Shown here piece after piece: positions 34,675-46,071 of a stretch of DNA of 64,000 nucleotides. The position numbers and the translations under genes were made by a program. The stretch spans positions 1 to 64,000 of the forward strand of contig JABANN010000088.1 in NCBI GenBank assembly GCA_013115125.1, written 5' to 3'. Position 1 is the stretch's first letter; each line of letters opens with the position of its first letter. This stretch comes from Perkinsus olseni (lineage: Eukaryota). The notes under the pieces are model-generated. The model searched no databases. It was not told the origin of the DNA and saw only the letters and a program-made list of their open reading frames with translations.

Positions 34675-36291
34675 CTAACCCTCATTCGACCGCCACTGTC
34701 TCATAATCGAATCTGTCGTTCCGGTACCCCTATACGGCAACGGCCATTCCATGACAGGAATCCCTACTACACCTCTCGTCTTCCTGCTCCGTCCTCATCT
34801 GCTTCCTATTGGCCTCTATGTCTTGGTTACCCTGCTCGTCATGATGAGGGCCCAGAAGAGGTGACACGAGAGAGTCGTAGCTCGATGATTGGTCACCATA
34901 ACCCGACTGAATTTGAAGGCGTTCATCCCAGACACGATGGATGTTGGTGACACACCTGATGGCCATCATCATCACCGGCATGGCCAGCAGGTCGACTAGC
35001 TGGCCAAAATACTACGACTATGAGAAGGGACGGTATCCACTCCGTTACGCAGTAAACCTAGGAATACAACTGAGCAGTTGTTGACATCTCTAGGCAACCC
35101 CACCAGCGAATCCCATGCTAGTCGATCGACACTCGCAGGGCCATATGTCCTGAGAACGCCAACTCCGTAGAGCACACTGAGCATCCCTCGGACCAGGAAT
35201 ATGAGAGGACAGGTTAGGGTGAGAACAAGGACCTGAAGACAGTACCTATACTATTGTAGTCGAATTCTTTCAGTACCCGATTGAGAACAGCATGATTCTT
35301 GCTGGCCTCTGTCGTTGACACCCCTCCATATGACCGTTGCCTTCGGGACCTGTCCTTAAGCTGACCCGCTACTTGAATCTGGGAGCAATCAGTTCAGCGA
35401 AGTACATGGCAACTTAGGACCGACCCCATAGTAGAAGAAGAATACAGCACAGATGATGTAGAGGAATCCGACTATGAAGAATATGTACCTACGATTGAGG
35501 GGATGCCTTTGGGAAGTTTGGGACAGCTACTGAACTTACTGGCTATACTGGTGCCAGGCCTTGAGGAGGAAGGTCACCACCGAGATGATTAGAAATACGC
35601 CGTACCTGCATGGGTGATGGATGATTGAGGCCTTGATACGAGAGAAGGTACACTGCGATATTGAAAAAAATGCATACTGGGCGTAGAAGGGGATATGATA
35701 CTAGGATGGCTGCGTAGTAGACCTGAGAGCATGTGCTTTAGGGAGAGAGGCTAGGGAAGGGCTTACCTGAGCCCAAAATAGTATAACTATGCTATAGGTA
35801 GAGAGGAAGAGAAGCGAAGGGAAGACCATGAGGACGTAGTTGGTCCAACCCTGAATGACAAGAACAGTGGCCTGTCATTGATGATGATGAAGACGGACCT
35901 GGACGGAGTGCTCCCAGATGTGCTCTCTGACCTCATTATGCACTATTGCATCGACGACCAGACTCACTGCTCTTGCAAGGTTAGACAGGCATAAGCCGAT
36001 AAGGAAGAGTTTACGAGTGCGGCTGCCAGTGAGCGATACTGCTGGGGCCTGGATCGAGCACAGAAAGGCGAATCCTAGCGAATCCTCGAGACCGATTAGT
36101 ACCGCATCCCCCCTTCTCTCCTCCCGTCTTTGCTTCACGAGCTGCCTTGCTGTTAATATAACTATTATCATGAATAGAACACAGTCACCATAGGCCAGCC
36201 AAGCGGCTTTGGCGGAATGTGGTGTGAAGAGAGGGAGGTCCTCGTAGTTCATAGGGACCTCCCTCTGCTGGTCGACGGGTAGAGTAGCCAT
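34675..36291 (-). CDS. THH1/TOM1/TOM3-like multipass membrane protein, multi-exon
   Basis: TRKLFLIGLCLSNLARAV; FPSLLFLSTYSIVILFWAQ|VYY; FLVRG; VYCVTEWIPSLLIVVVF. 3' end approximate. Confidence 0.75.
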
Positions 36292-36395
36292 TACGCAAGC
36301 TAAACCCAAGGAAAGGGAAGCATCAGTCAACAACCTCTCTTTAGTCAATTTTACACGCAGGAGTCGATAGTTTTATACGATGCTCCATGCTCCAT

Positions 36396-36430
36396 AGGAC
36401 AAGTCCCGGGTTCGATCCCCGGTGAGGGCA
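36396..36430 (+). pseudogene. Isolated tRNA 3' half (variable loop, T-arm, acceptor 3' strand)
   Basis: aggac-aagtc-ccggg-ttcgatc-cccgg-tgagggc-a: T-stem (4 Watson-Crick pairs closing a tRNA-type loop; ccggg/cccgg) with B-box. No D-arm or matching 5' acceptor strand upstream. Confidence 0.6.
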
Positions 36431-36863
36431 TGTACGGCTCTTCAAATCGCTTACGCCCCTCCTCGCTTTTCCTCTGATGCGTTCCATGAGGAGCCTCGCT
36501 AGGCTTTTCGACGCCTGAAGAGCTCACAGCAATGGGTTATTCAATACATCATAGTTATCAAGTGGTTGGATCACTGTAGGGGCCTTGAACAACATCATAC
36601 GCCAAGCAGCTGTCGAAAACGCACTCAGGGGGAAGGGGGCTCGTCTCTCGCGAAGTGCAGGTAGGTAGGAACCCCCCTGCTACTCATTCGGGCCTGGGAC
36701 TTCACTGCCCTTACCTTGCTTAGCCGTTCAACGGACTCCTGCCAGCGCTCCGTGTCGGATGCTCATCGTCCTTCTACCCTCCTCGTCTTCCCGTACCTAC
36801 GAGTCTAGACGCTAGTAACCCGTGTTTTGAGAACACAGCTGGTTTTTCATTCAGTTCCATTTC

Positions 36864-38396
36864 ATGTTTCTGTTTCTCCTTCCTGTATTCTTCATATCCT
36901 TCGAGGTTGGTAAGGCGGTTACTATCAGAGACGATAGGACACTCGTCTCGATCACTCGCCGATCTCCTTCGGCTGGTATAGCCTCATTGTCGTCCACCAA
37001 AGACCCAGTTGTGCACGATGCTGTTGACGTCAGTGCGATCCCTCATATGCTTGCTAGCAACCTCCGTGACTCTCGTCGACTCAGTACCGATCCCCGCTTG
37101 GCCGCTGTAGAAGATTGCCTGCAGAACCCTGACGCAGTCGAGACTCTAGGCATGATAGGCGTTCAAAGCATCAATACCAAGTCCGAAGACTGCCCAGTGA
37201 GCCTAGATGATCTCAAGTCCTACCTAGAAGATGCTGGCGAAGAGCTAGGCTTGGATGTCCTGGTAGAGCCTAACATTGAGGTGAAGATTGGTGATAGTGT
37301 AAGTGAGCCCAGAATTGCCGAGACAACTGCACAGGTGGCAGGCTTGTTCGGCGGCTGGCCCAAGTCCGATGTGGACTCAGATGACCCTCTAGCGCGGTAC
37401 CAGGATAACTTAGAGCTCATCAACATTGATGGTGCGTGGAAGAATGTCGATAGTTCCGGTAAAACACCCAAGGAGATCATCCTCGCCATTGTTGATACTG
37501 GTGTTGACAGTTCGCATCCTGATCTCAAGGACCAGATGTGGACGGCTTCTGATGGCTCTCATGGTTACAACTTCGTCGATAACGATGAGAATACTTCAGA
37601 CTTGAATGGCCATGGTACTCATTGTGCTGGTATTGCCGCGGCTCAGACTGATAATGATGTCGGTATCGCGGGCATTGCTGACGTGAAGATCATGGCCTTG
37701 CGTGCTTTCGGTGCTGATGGTACTGGTGGCATGTTGGCTACCCTACAGGGCCTCAATTGGGCTGTATCCAATGGTGCTACAGTGTCGTCTCATTCATACA
37801 CTTCGGACGGTTCGAGCACTGTCTTCCTACAGGCCATCCAGAGTGCCGCGAAAGTCGGGCATGTTGTGGTAGTAGCATCAGGTAACGATGGTGTTGATGT
37901 CGACGAGGAGCCTAGGTTCCCCTGTTCCTTTGCTACGGCCGTGCCTTCTATGATGTGCGTGGCTTCCACTTCGTCCACCTCCCCACCCAAAGTGTCCTTC
38001 TTCTCCGATACCGGTTCCGCCGTCAACATTGCCGCTCCTGGTGAGAATATAGTATCGACGTGGCCAGGCAATAGGTATGCCGTTCTTGATGGGACCTCTA
38101 TGGCAACCCCTCATGTGGCTGGTGTCACAGCCATCCTCGCTACATTGGGCTTGGAAGGCCAGGATCTAACCAACGCTGTTCTCGGCAGTCAGTCCCAGAA
38201 GCTAGTGGCCAATGGTACCACTATGAATTTCGGCGTACTGGATGCCCAGGATGCAGTGCTCGCCTCCCTGAACAAGTCATCACCTACCAAAGGCACTACA
38301 ACCGTTTCGCCGTCATCAGCTGCGTCCCCTAGGGCTCTATACGGTTCATCATTGACTGCTGTGGCTATTGGACTGGCCGTCGCGTTGATGGCGTGA
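36864..38396 (+). CDS. Subtilisin-like serine protease (S8), copy 2, putative GPI/TM tail
   Basis: Signal peptide; IVDTG, HGTHCAG, GTSMAT; S/T spacer then LTAVAIGLAVALMA*; intronless. Confidence 0.95.
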   Translation: MFLFLLPVFFISFEVGKAVTIRDDRTLVSITRRSPSAGIASLSSTKDPVVHDAVDVSAIPHMLASNLRDSRRLSTDPRLAAVEDCLQNPDAVETLGMIGVQSINTKSEDCPVSLDDLKSYLEDAGEELGLDVLVEPNIEVKIGDSVSEPRIAETTAQVAGLFGGWPKSDVDSDDPLARYQDNLELINIDGAWKNVDSSGKTPKEIILAIVDTGVDSSHPDLKDQMWTASDGSHGYNFVDNDENTSDLNGHGTHCAGIAAAQTDNDVGIAGIADVKIMALRAFGADGTGGMLATLQGLNWAVSNGATVSSHSYTSDGSSTVFLQAIQSAAKVGHVVVVASGNDGVDVDEEPRFPCSFATAVPSMMCVASTSSTSPPKVSFFSDTGSAVNIAAPGENIVSTWPGNRYAVLDGTSMATPHVAGVTAILATLGLEGQDLTNAVLGSQSQKLVANGTTMNFGVLDAQDAVLASLNKSSPTKGTTTVSPSSAASPRALYGSSLTAVAIGLAVALMA

Positions 38397-38662
38397 ACGG
38401 TCGATGATGGTAAGGTTGTTAGCATGAGTGCGGTTCTTTTAGTGATGATTTTGTATGGCTGTTATCTTTAAGGCTGCTTTATTGATCGGTCCAGCGAGAA
38501 CCTCTTCTGAATACCACATAATAGTCTTTGCTGTTGGAGCGGTTCCTTGGCCATCCTGGCAATTGTGAGATAATAATACTTCTGTCTGATGTAGTGCTCA
38601 TGAGCATTGAGTTAAGTAAGGGCTATGGGGCATCGACGACGGCCGGCTCGGATGCAGGAGAG

Positions 38663-39738
38663 ATGTTGGCCACTCGGCTCTTCCGTAATGCGCCACGGCT
38701 TGGCAGTATGGTCCCCGAACTGCACTGTCTAACCCAAGGTCAGACTCAGCGGAGGGCATCTTTGCGGGCCCTGGCGGAGAGCAGTCGAGAGCCCATGACT
38801 ATGAGAGGCCTCAACCGGATAACAGTAGTAGCCTTCGTGTTCGGCCACTTCAGCGTACTCGTCGTCCTCATCACTCAGCCGTCTGTTGCTCCCAACCTCC
38901 ATGTATTGGCCCCGACGTTCATGCCGCGCGTGGAGATCTCAGAGTATCAAAACTATGATGCTCATACGCGAGTAGCCCGCGAGGAGGTTATACTGAGAGA
39001 AGGGATAGGATCGGTGTTCCTAGAAGCTAAGAATGGCTGCCCCGACAGTGCTACCTTCTGGTTCAGTAATAAGGGAAGTGTTCTCTCGTCGGGTCGACTT
39101 TCTCTCTGTCAGCCCTGTACTGCTGCTTCACTGGTATACTAGCTTGTGGATGCCTTATTACCAAAGCGCCAATCGTCTTCGAGAGGACCATGCCGTACCA
39201 GATCAAGTTCAACGCTCTGGCTCTGGTTTTCTGGTCCAGCTCCGACCTCGGTATTTGCCGCCTTGACTACTGCTCATGTTGGATCCTCACCGCTAGCTTT
39301 AGGAGTTCTCGAAGCCAGGCTCGGACCTCAAAGTCGGTTGATCACCACGGGAAGGATTCTCAGCACCTTCGGTTCGGTGGTCTATGCCACAGCATGTTGC
39401 GCGGTGAGTGCTTGCGTCGTGTCATGTCGTCACAGCGGTAGAGTCAGGTCGCGGAGTTTAAGCCCTTCTTGGCGTACAAGATGGTCATCGTCGGGGAGCT
39501 ATTTATGTCAGCCACTACGGTTCTAAGGTTTGCCATCAGGGCCCGCATAGACGATGTACTTCGATGTACTCCCTTCAGATGCGTTAGAGGTAGACAGATC
39601 CCCCTGTGGTCCGCAGTGATGCGCACGAGCTTCCTGTTGTACGGAGCCGTCACCAATACGTTGTGTCATATTAAGGGTAGATGGCTTGAGAGGCATGCAG
39701 AGGATCTCATCGTGGGCTATGTCCCAGAGTATGCTTGA
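38663..39738 (+). CDS. Multi-exon hypothetical membrane protein
   Basis: MLATRLFRNAPRL (presequence-like), hydrophobic segments, last exon ending LIVGYVPEYA*. Confidence 0.4.
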
Positions 39739-40164
39739 GGATCTGTCGGTGTTTCTGATCGCTGCTTCGGTTGAGTTGTTGGCGAACTTTAAGCTTGCCC
39801 TCAATTTTTGTCTTTACTTCGGGAACGTCCTGGTTGCAGGGGGGCTGTGAGCGATGGTGGGATCTGCCGTTTCTGGACATGGCGCTTGCTCTCTGGGTAG
39901 TGAGTCAACAAGTGATACTGTCCGCGACTTGAACAGTCTATCGTGACGCGTTCGTTGTGGGCCGAGTCGTGGCAGTCAGAGGCCTCGCTATTCTACTGAA
40001 GACTACTGTCATCCAAACTCCGGGGTATGACTATCATTGATGGGCTCGGTCACCCTATTGATGCCACGGGCACTGCTGATTGCGAAGATATGGAGCCGTT
40101 CGTGCACTGGGGCTATTCTATCGGAGACACGGGACGGCCTTGCGCCAGAGTCACCTGACAGTCA

Positions 40165-40320
40165 GCTGGTGTCTGCTACTACAGTTTTAAGGCCTTTCAT
40201 CAGAGCCTTCATAGGCCTCGGTGTAGTCGGTTAGAATGCGTGAAGGGTGAACGAATAACTCTATGGTCAGCAGTGATGCGCACGAGCGTCCTGTTACGCG
40301 CAGCCGCTGTTGATAGCGGC
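40165..40320 (+). pseudogene. Degenerate partial duplicate of the 3' exons of the 38663-39738 gene
   Basis: VSATTVLRPFIRA versus MSATTVLRFAIRA; tggtcagcagtgatgcgcacgagcgtcctgtt versus tggtccgcagtgatgcgcacgagcttcctgtt. Confidence 0.6.
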
Positions 40321-40920
40321 TCCGCGTAACAGGAGGCTTCGGTGTGAAACTAAATATTTGTTTACTACCCTGTTTCTCATTGCATTAGGGGACAGAGAAA
40401 TGTGTGGGCGTCACCATTGCAGTTTTGCCTTGTTTTTCGACCTTCGCAAAAGCTTCTTCTAACTAATCTCTCATCGTCTGAGCCCACCCTCAACTTCGGA
40501 GCAGACGCCGTCCGTGCCAATGGCGAGAGTAGAATCTCCGGAGGATCATCAGCGCAGTCGTGTGCATGCGTGTTACTTGTGCGGTTAGCGATGCCCCTCT
40601 CATGGGGCATGTTGTAGTGTGTAGTTAGCGATGCTGATCTCCCCAACCCAGCTATTCTCGGCTCAGACTTGATTTTTTCCCGATATGAGTTTCTGAGCCT
40701 CTCAGACTGCAGAACCCTAAGCTAAGATAGTTCATCCGTGAATTGAGCGCGTTCAGTCGCGGTGTTGTCAAGAACCATGCGTACACTTTTGCACGCATGT
40801 GCAAAGGCCTGCTGGACTCGCCAAGGGCTCCTTCGGCAGGGAGGCTGCGCTCGATGCTCGCTTGAAGATTTTTTAGAGTGAACTAGCGTCCTTGCCCTAG
40901 TTGAGTTGTCCTACAAAGCC

Positions 40921-42375
40921 ATGCTCATACATTCTGCGTTCTTATTGACGGCCTTCATGTCCGTTATGCTTGGTGAAGGTCACTCCAATCATACGCTGGT
41001 TATGATCTCTCATCGTGGTGCCTCACTCAACATCCGTCAAGTACCTCTCATGGTGGCACAGGCCGCCGCTGCCTCTGGTGGAAGGGTGCGCTCCCTCACT
41101 CAAGAGGACCGTGACTGTGAACAATGCTTTGCACAAGATGGGATGATCCATGACTTGACCGCGGTTGGGGTCCAAATCGTGAACTCTAAATGCTCGGCGA
41201 GTTACGATCAAATTGTGAACTATTTAAAGAGGGCTGCCAGCATGCTGGGTATTGAGGCGAAATGTGAACCCGACTCTGAGGTATCTATCACACCGGCTTC
41301 CGGCCGGGTTTCGGCACGGGCGCGGTCACAAGCATCTTGCAGAGGTGCCAATTCTGTACTTGGCACCAATGACCCCGCGTCCTCATGCCAAAGCAACCTC
41401 GAAGTCATTCGGATGGGTGCTGCCTGGCGAGCGGTACGCGCAGCCAACCGGACGTTGAGAAACGTTGTACTGGCAGTCGTTGATAGCGGAGTTGACATGA
41501 CTCATCCGGACCTGGTCAACCAGTTCTGGAGGAATCCAAGAGACGGCTCTATCGGCCACAACTTCCTAGACGATAGTAGCAATGTTAACGATGAGAATGG
41601 TCATGGTACTCACTGTGCTGGTATAGCTGGTGCTCAGACTAACAACGGTATTGGTATCGCTGGGGTGGCGAATGTACAATTGATGATACTGAAGTTCATG
41701 GGTAGTGACGGCAAAGGCCCTCTCAGTGGCGCATTGAGTGCCCTGGACTACGCAGTCAGGAACGGCGCCACAGTGTCCTCGCATTCCTACGGCTCGACTT
41801 TTCGAAGTCCGATCTTCGAGGCAGCGATCGCGAACGCCGATGCTGTAGGTCATGTTGTGGTTGCTGCTGCTGGCAATGATGGCCTCAATCTAGACCAGAC
41901 CCCAACCTACCCTTGTTCCTTCGCACGAACAATACCATCTACGCTCTGTGTTGCTGCCAGTACCTCCGCCACAACTTCAGCTCTGTCTGTTGCGTCATTC
42001 TCGAACGTCGGGTCCGCGGTTAACATCGCCGCTCCCGGCGTGAATATAAACTCAACGTACCTCTCCGGCTCGTACGCCCCTCTCAGTGGTACATCGATGT
42101 CCACTCCTCACGTTGCCGGTGTTGCCGCCTTGCTGGCTACCCTTGGTCTTGATGGCCAGAGAATCACCGACTCAATCACGCGGTCTCGGACGGCCGCTCT
42201 CAGCAACAGGTTGGGTGCTAGTAGCCCAGGAGAACTGGATGCTCTCAACGCCGTCAATATCGGTCTAGGACAGCCCACCAGCCCGCCAAGGCCTATCTCT
42301 AGCGCCCCCGCCAGGGTCCCGGGTATCGTCTCGGTGTGGGGTGTCGCACTCTTACTGGCTCTAGTGTGTTTATAG
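40921..42375 (+). CDS. Subtilisin-like serine protease (S8), copy 3, putative GPI/TM tail
   Basis: Signal peptide; VVDSG, HGTHCAG, GTSMST; tail IVSVWGVALLLALVCL*; closest paralog of copy 1. Confidence 0.95.
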   Translation: MLIHSAFLLTAFMSVMLGEGHSNHTLVMISHRGASLNIRQVPLMVAQAAAASGGRVRSLTQEDRDCEQCFAQDGMIHDLTAVGVQIVNSKCSASYDQIVNYLKRAASMLGIEAKCEPDSEVSITPASGRVSARARSQASCRGANSVLGTNDPASSCQSNLEVIRMGAAWRAVRAANRTLRNVVLAVVDSGVDMTHPDLVNQFWRNPRDGSIGHNFLDDSSNVNDENGHGTHCAGIAGAQTNNGIGIAGVANVQLMILKFMGSDGKGPLSGALSALDYAVRNGATVSSHSYGSTFRSPIFEAAIANADAVGHVVVAAAGNDGLNLDQTPTYPCSFARTIPSTLCVAASTSATTSALSVASFSNVGSAVNIAAPGVNINSTYLSGSYAPLSGTSMSTPHVAGVAALLATLGLDGQRITDSITRSRTAALSNRLGASSPGELDALNAVNIGLGQPTSPPRPISSAPARVPGIVSVWGVALLLALVCL

Positions 42376-42716
42376 TTCGCTTACTCGCGATTGATCCATT
42401 TATTATCTTGCCATGAAATCAGTTTTTATACTCGCATAGTCGCGGACGTAAAAAGTGCCGCGGACTCACCGTACGTGTTTGCGTTTGAATGTCTGTCAAT
42501 TATACACAGCTAGTAACTGCCACGCCCTCTCGGCTTAGTCGTGCCATGCGGGGCGGGATGATGCCGGAAATGCTCTCCGAGAAACATAGTGCAGAGCGGG
42601 AGACAACCGACACAAGTGCATAACACTGAAGTCGTCACCGATGAGCCTTGCTCTGAAGCCACCATTTCCCAACAAGCCACGTTTCACCGTCTGTCTCTCA
42701 GTAGATTCTGTTAACT

Positions 42717-43721
42717 ATGACTGAAGCTTCACGAGGAAGTGTTGGACGTGATAGACCCTTCGAGCGTTCGCCCGTCCATCGGACGCCAATCGTTGTGAGC
42801 ACGTCAGACGGCTGTGAGCTAGCGGGCTCTGTCTGGACTCCCCGCACTTTCGCTTCAGGTGAGGTATAATATCGTTCGTCGTCTGTCGTGAGTACGAAGG
42901 ACTCTCCCCATGACCGTCCTTCTTCTCAGGCGCCGAGAACGTCTTCGTTATACTCGTGCACCCTTGGGGGAAGTTAGGCGGTTCTCATGCCAACATGTCC
43001 TCCCTGGCTGGGATGCTATCGGAGAGGTGTCGGGCTGCTACATCAGCGTCGAGCCACGTCTCTGTAGAGACGACTTCCAATTTTATTTCAGTAAGGGATT
43101 CAACTGCATCACATTCGACACGCGCGGGGTTGGCCGCTCAACTGGGTCGAGCACTTTCACCGGCCATGACGAAGTAAAGGACGTCGTTGCGATGGCCGAC
43201 TACGTCAGAGAAAACCACGTTACCAAAGGCGACCAAGCCCAGGTGAGGTCACCTACAGTATATACCCACACCCCATCGCCTTCCTCTGCTCAGTTCGCCC
43301 TTCTCGGCTCGTCCGCGGGCGCTGCAATTGCCGGTAGTGCAGCGCCGCTCATCGACAACTGCATAGCCCTCATTTGTATCGGCTACACTCTCGGCCATAT
43401 GGCCAGGGTGATGTTCGGTAGTCACATACCTAAGCTTGAGAAGTTCAGCGGCCCGAAGCTCTTCATTATGGGTATCATCATTGCTTTGGAGTCTTCGCTA
43501 TCTGCTCGTCCTCAGGCACGAAGGACTGTTGGACGTCGGTGTCACAGTTGGTATCCTTGGTCGAAAAGTTTGGCTCCTCAGCAGAGTACAGACTCGTCGA
43601 TGGTGCTGGACACTTCGAACTGGAGAACAGCCCGGAGCGCGCAGGGCAGATCGTTGACTGGACCGCTGATTTCATTACCAAGGCTATATATCAACAACGG
43701 AAAGGGGGTGAAGGTCAGTGA
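42717..43721 (+). CDS. Alpha/beta hydrolase (5 exons)
   Basis: VILVHPWGKLGGS; FNCITFDTRGVGRSTG; nucleophile elbow LLGSSAG; PKLFIMG|TKD; VDGAGHF. Confidence 0.88.
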
Positions 43722-43884
43722 GCTTCTTTACTGCACTTATTTGCACTTTTGATCGGCTTGGTCGCGTTGAGGGCTGGTTGAGGCACTTTCAACCCTACTG
43801 GAACCCGTGCGGGAGTCTGTCAATTTCATAAGTACTGGAATGTGGGTTTGGAGGCGTTTCAGAGCATTTACTCATTCCTTATTA

Positions 43885-45438
43885 ATGCATCTCCTCTCCC
43901 CTCTCATCATAATCCTCTCCATCACAGCCAGGCTGGTCGCTGGCGGCGGGCCCTCCGAGGCTGCTATTCTGAGCATTACTAAGCGCCATAGTGCCACTCT
44001 CGCGAGCACCGAGTCATCTGCTGATGTTGAAAGTATCGACGTACGAGACCTACCAGCTATGTTATCCCGTACTGGGCAAAACCGCAGACTGGGGTCGCCA
44101 AGAGTAGAGGACTGTCTGTCTCTGAACTCCGCCGTGGACACCATGAGTCACATCCGCATCCAAGCTGTCCTCGTCGAATTTTGTGGGCTTACCCCCTCGG
44201 AGGTCTGCGAGTATGCAGCGATTGCTGGCGACGCCCTCGACCTTAACATCATCTGTGAGCCTAACTTCTCTGTAACACTCGAGAAGCCCGAGGTGGCGAC
44301 GGTCCATGCAATCACAACGGCTACTCTGGATGGCGTTAATGACACCTACGCGAGTCTTCAGACAGGCCTAGCGGAGATGGAAGTGCCTGAGGCTTGGCAG
44401 CTCGTTAAGGAATCAGGCAAGAGTTCAAGTGACGATGAGATTATAGTGGCAGTATTTGACTCTGGTGTTGATGACCAGCATGAGGACCTCCGCGACTCGA
44501 TGTGGACTGGCCCGGGTGGCTCTCACGGCTACAACTTCGTCGGGGACTCGACTGATGTTTCAGACCGTCTTGGTCATGGTACTCATTGTGCGGGTACTAT
44601 CGCCGCCCACCGTAACAACGGTAGAGGAATCACCGGAATCGCCGAAGCTAAATTGATGTCTCTGAACATTTGCGATGATTCTGGTGCCTGCAACGTACTT
44701 CTAGTATTCCGGGCCTTCGAGTATGCTCTCGAGCACGGTGCTCGGATATCCTCCCATTCTTACCTGGCTGATACTGGTGCCGCTCTGTTAGAAGAGGCTT
44801 ACAAGAATGCAGGAGCGACCGGACATGTTATGATCTTTGCAGCGGGCAATGACAATCAGGAAATCGGCACCTCCAACTACCCCTGCACACTTAGTCGATT
44901 CATACCGACCTCCGTCTGCGTCACCCACGTTAACTTAGACGAGCCCGATAAGTACATGCTTGCGAAGAAGGCCAATTACGGTCCCTACGTGGACATGGCT
45001 GCTCCGGGTATTGGTGTTCTCTCCACCCTCCCCAATAGCGAATATGGCTACATGTCTGGTTCTTCTATGGCGGCTCCTCATGTGGCCGGCGTGGCCGGTG
45101 TCTTGGCTTCCATGAATCTCACTGGCGAAGACATCATCCGAGCTCTGCGGGCTTCCGTTCTGCCGCTTTCGGAAAGTAACACTAAATTCCTGAAGGACGG
45201 CGGTGGGTTCTTGAATGCTCGCCAGGCTGTTGTGAACGCTCTAACGTTGTTGAATGGTGGCCAAGTGACCACTCGAAGGTGGGGCTCCGAGACAACGCAA
45301 GTCCTCCCCAGTGGAGCTCCAGAGTCAGAGTCCAGTACTTCCGTCAGCCCAACCAGGACAGTTCCTAGCAGCGGCCACACTATCACCAACGTGCTCTGGA
45401 CCTCTGTTCTGCTGCTGCTGCTGATCTTCTGGGCATAG
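43885..45438 (+). CDS. Subtilisin-like serine protease (S8), copy 4, putative GPI/TM tail
   Basis: Signal peptide; VFDSG, HGTHCAG, GSSMAAPHV; S/T spacer then VLWTSVLLLLLIFWA*; intronless. Confidence 0.95.
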   Translation: MHLLSPLIIILSITARLVAGGGPSEAAILSITKRHSATLASTESSADVESIDVRDLPAMLSRTGQNRRLGSPRVEDCLSLNSAVDTMSHIRIQAVLVEFCGLTPSEVCEYAAIAGDALDLNIICEPNFSVTLEKPEVATVHAITTATLDGVNDTYASLQTGLAEMEVPEAWQLVKESGKSSSDDEIIVAVFDSGVDDQHEDLRDSMWTGPGGSHGYNFVGDSTDVSDRLGHGTHCAGTIAAHRNNGRGITGIAEAKLMSLNICDDSGACNVLLVFRAFEYALEHGARISSHSYLADTGAALLEEAYKNAGATGHVMIFAAGNDNQEIGTSNYPCTLSRFIPTSVCVTHVNLDEPDKYMLAKKANYGPYVDMAAPGIGVLSTLPNSEYGYMSGSSMAAPHVAGVAGVLASMNLTGEDIIRALRASVLPLSESNTKFLKDGGGFLNARQAVVNALTLLNGGQVTTRRWGSETTQVLPSGAPESESSTSVSPTRTVPSSGHTITNVLWTSVLLLLLIFWA

Positions 45439-46071
45439 CAAGGATCTCATGAACCAGTTTTTGTGAAGTTGCACGAGTGTGCAGAATCTCACCCCTGTCT
45501 TTCTCTTCCCCTCAGCTGGAGTAGCATCGTTGTCTTTTCGTAGTTTAACAATGTATCATATTTCTCATTGTCTCATTGTATATCAGCTGAACCACTATTG
45601 ACCGTTTGAACTCTTAACGGTTGTATCCGAGGAAGTCACCTCTCTACTCACTCTATTTCGTATCAGCACAGAGTATTGATTTTTTGCTCTAGAGTAGACA
45701 GCAGCCCGAGGGAGTATGCGGGGCATTCTCATACAGTGTTTCTAAGGGAAGTCATTAACACCTTTGGTTATCATGGCAGTGGGAGGGTTGTATAGCCATT
45801 AGTCACCGAAATTCGGTGTAGCTATCGCGATTAAAAACCTCAATCGCACTCGCCACTCGAACTCAGAACCACCACGGGCCTTTCATGTATGATAATCGGA
45901 CTGATTCTATCATAATATGGTCACGGCGACTTCAATTTGGAAACTTAGCGTCATGTGGACGGCACTAACGGTACGCAAAAGGCCCAAGCGGGCGTGGGAC
46001 TAGGTGAGGAGGGCGGTTCAAGTTGGTCGAGTACGGAGATACCTGACGCCAGCTGATCATTGAATGCCGCA

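Noticed and set aside
36707-36745. gccctta as the 5' half of a permuted tRNA
   Set aside because: Pairs with the acceptor strand but lacks U8, the D-arm and the GG motif.
29307-45389. Numerous antisense ORFs overlapping the subtilisins and other genes
   Set aside because: Shadow ORFs from codon bias; no recognisable motifs.
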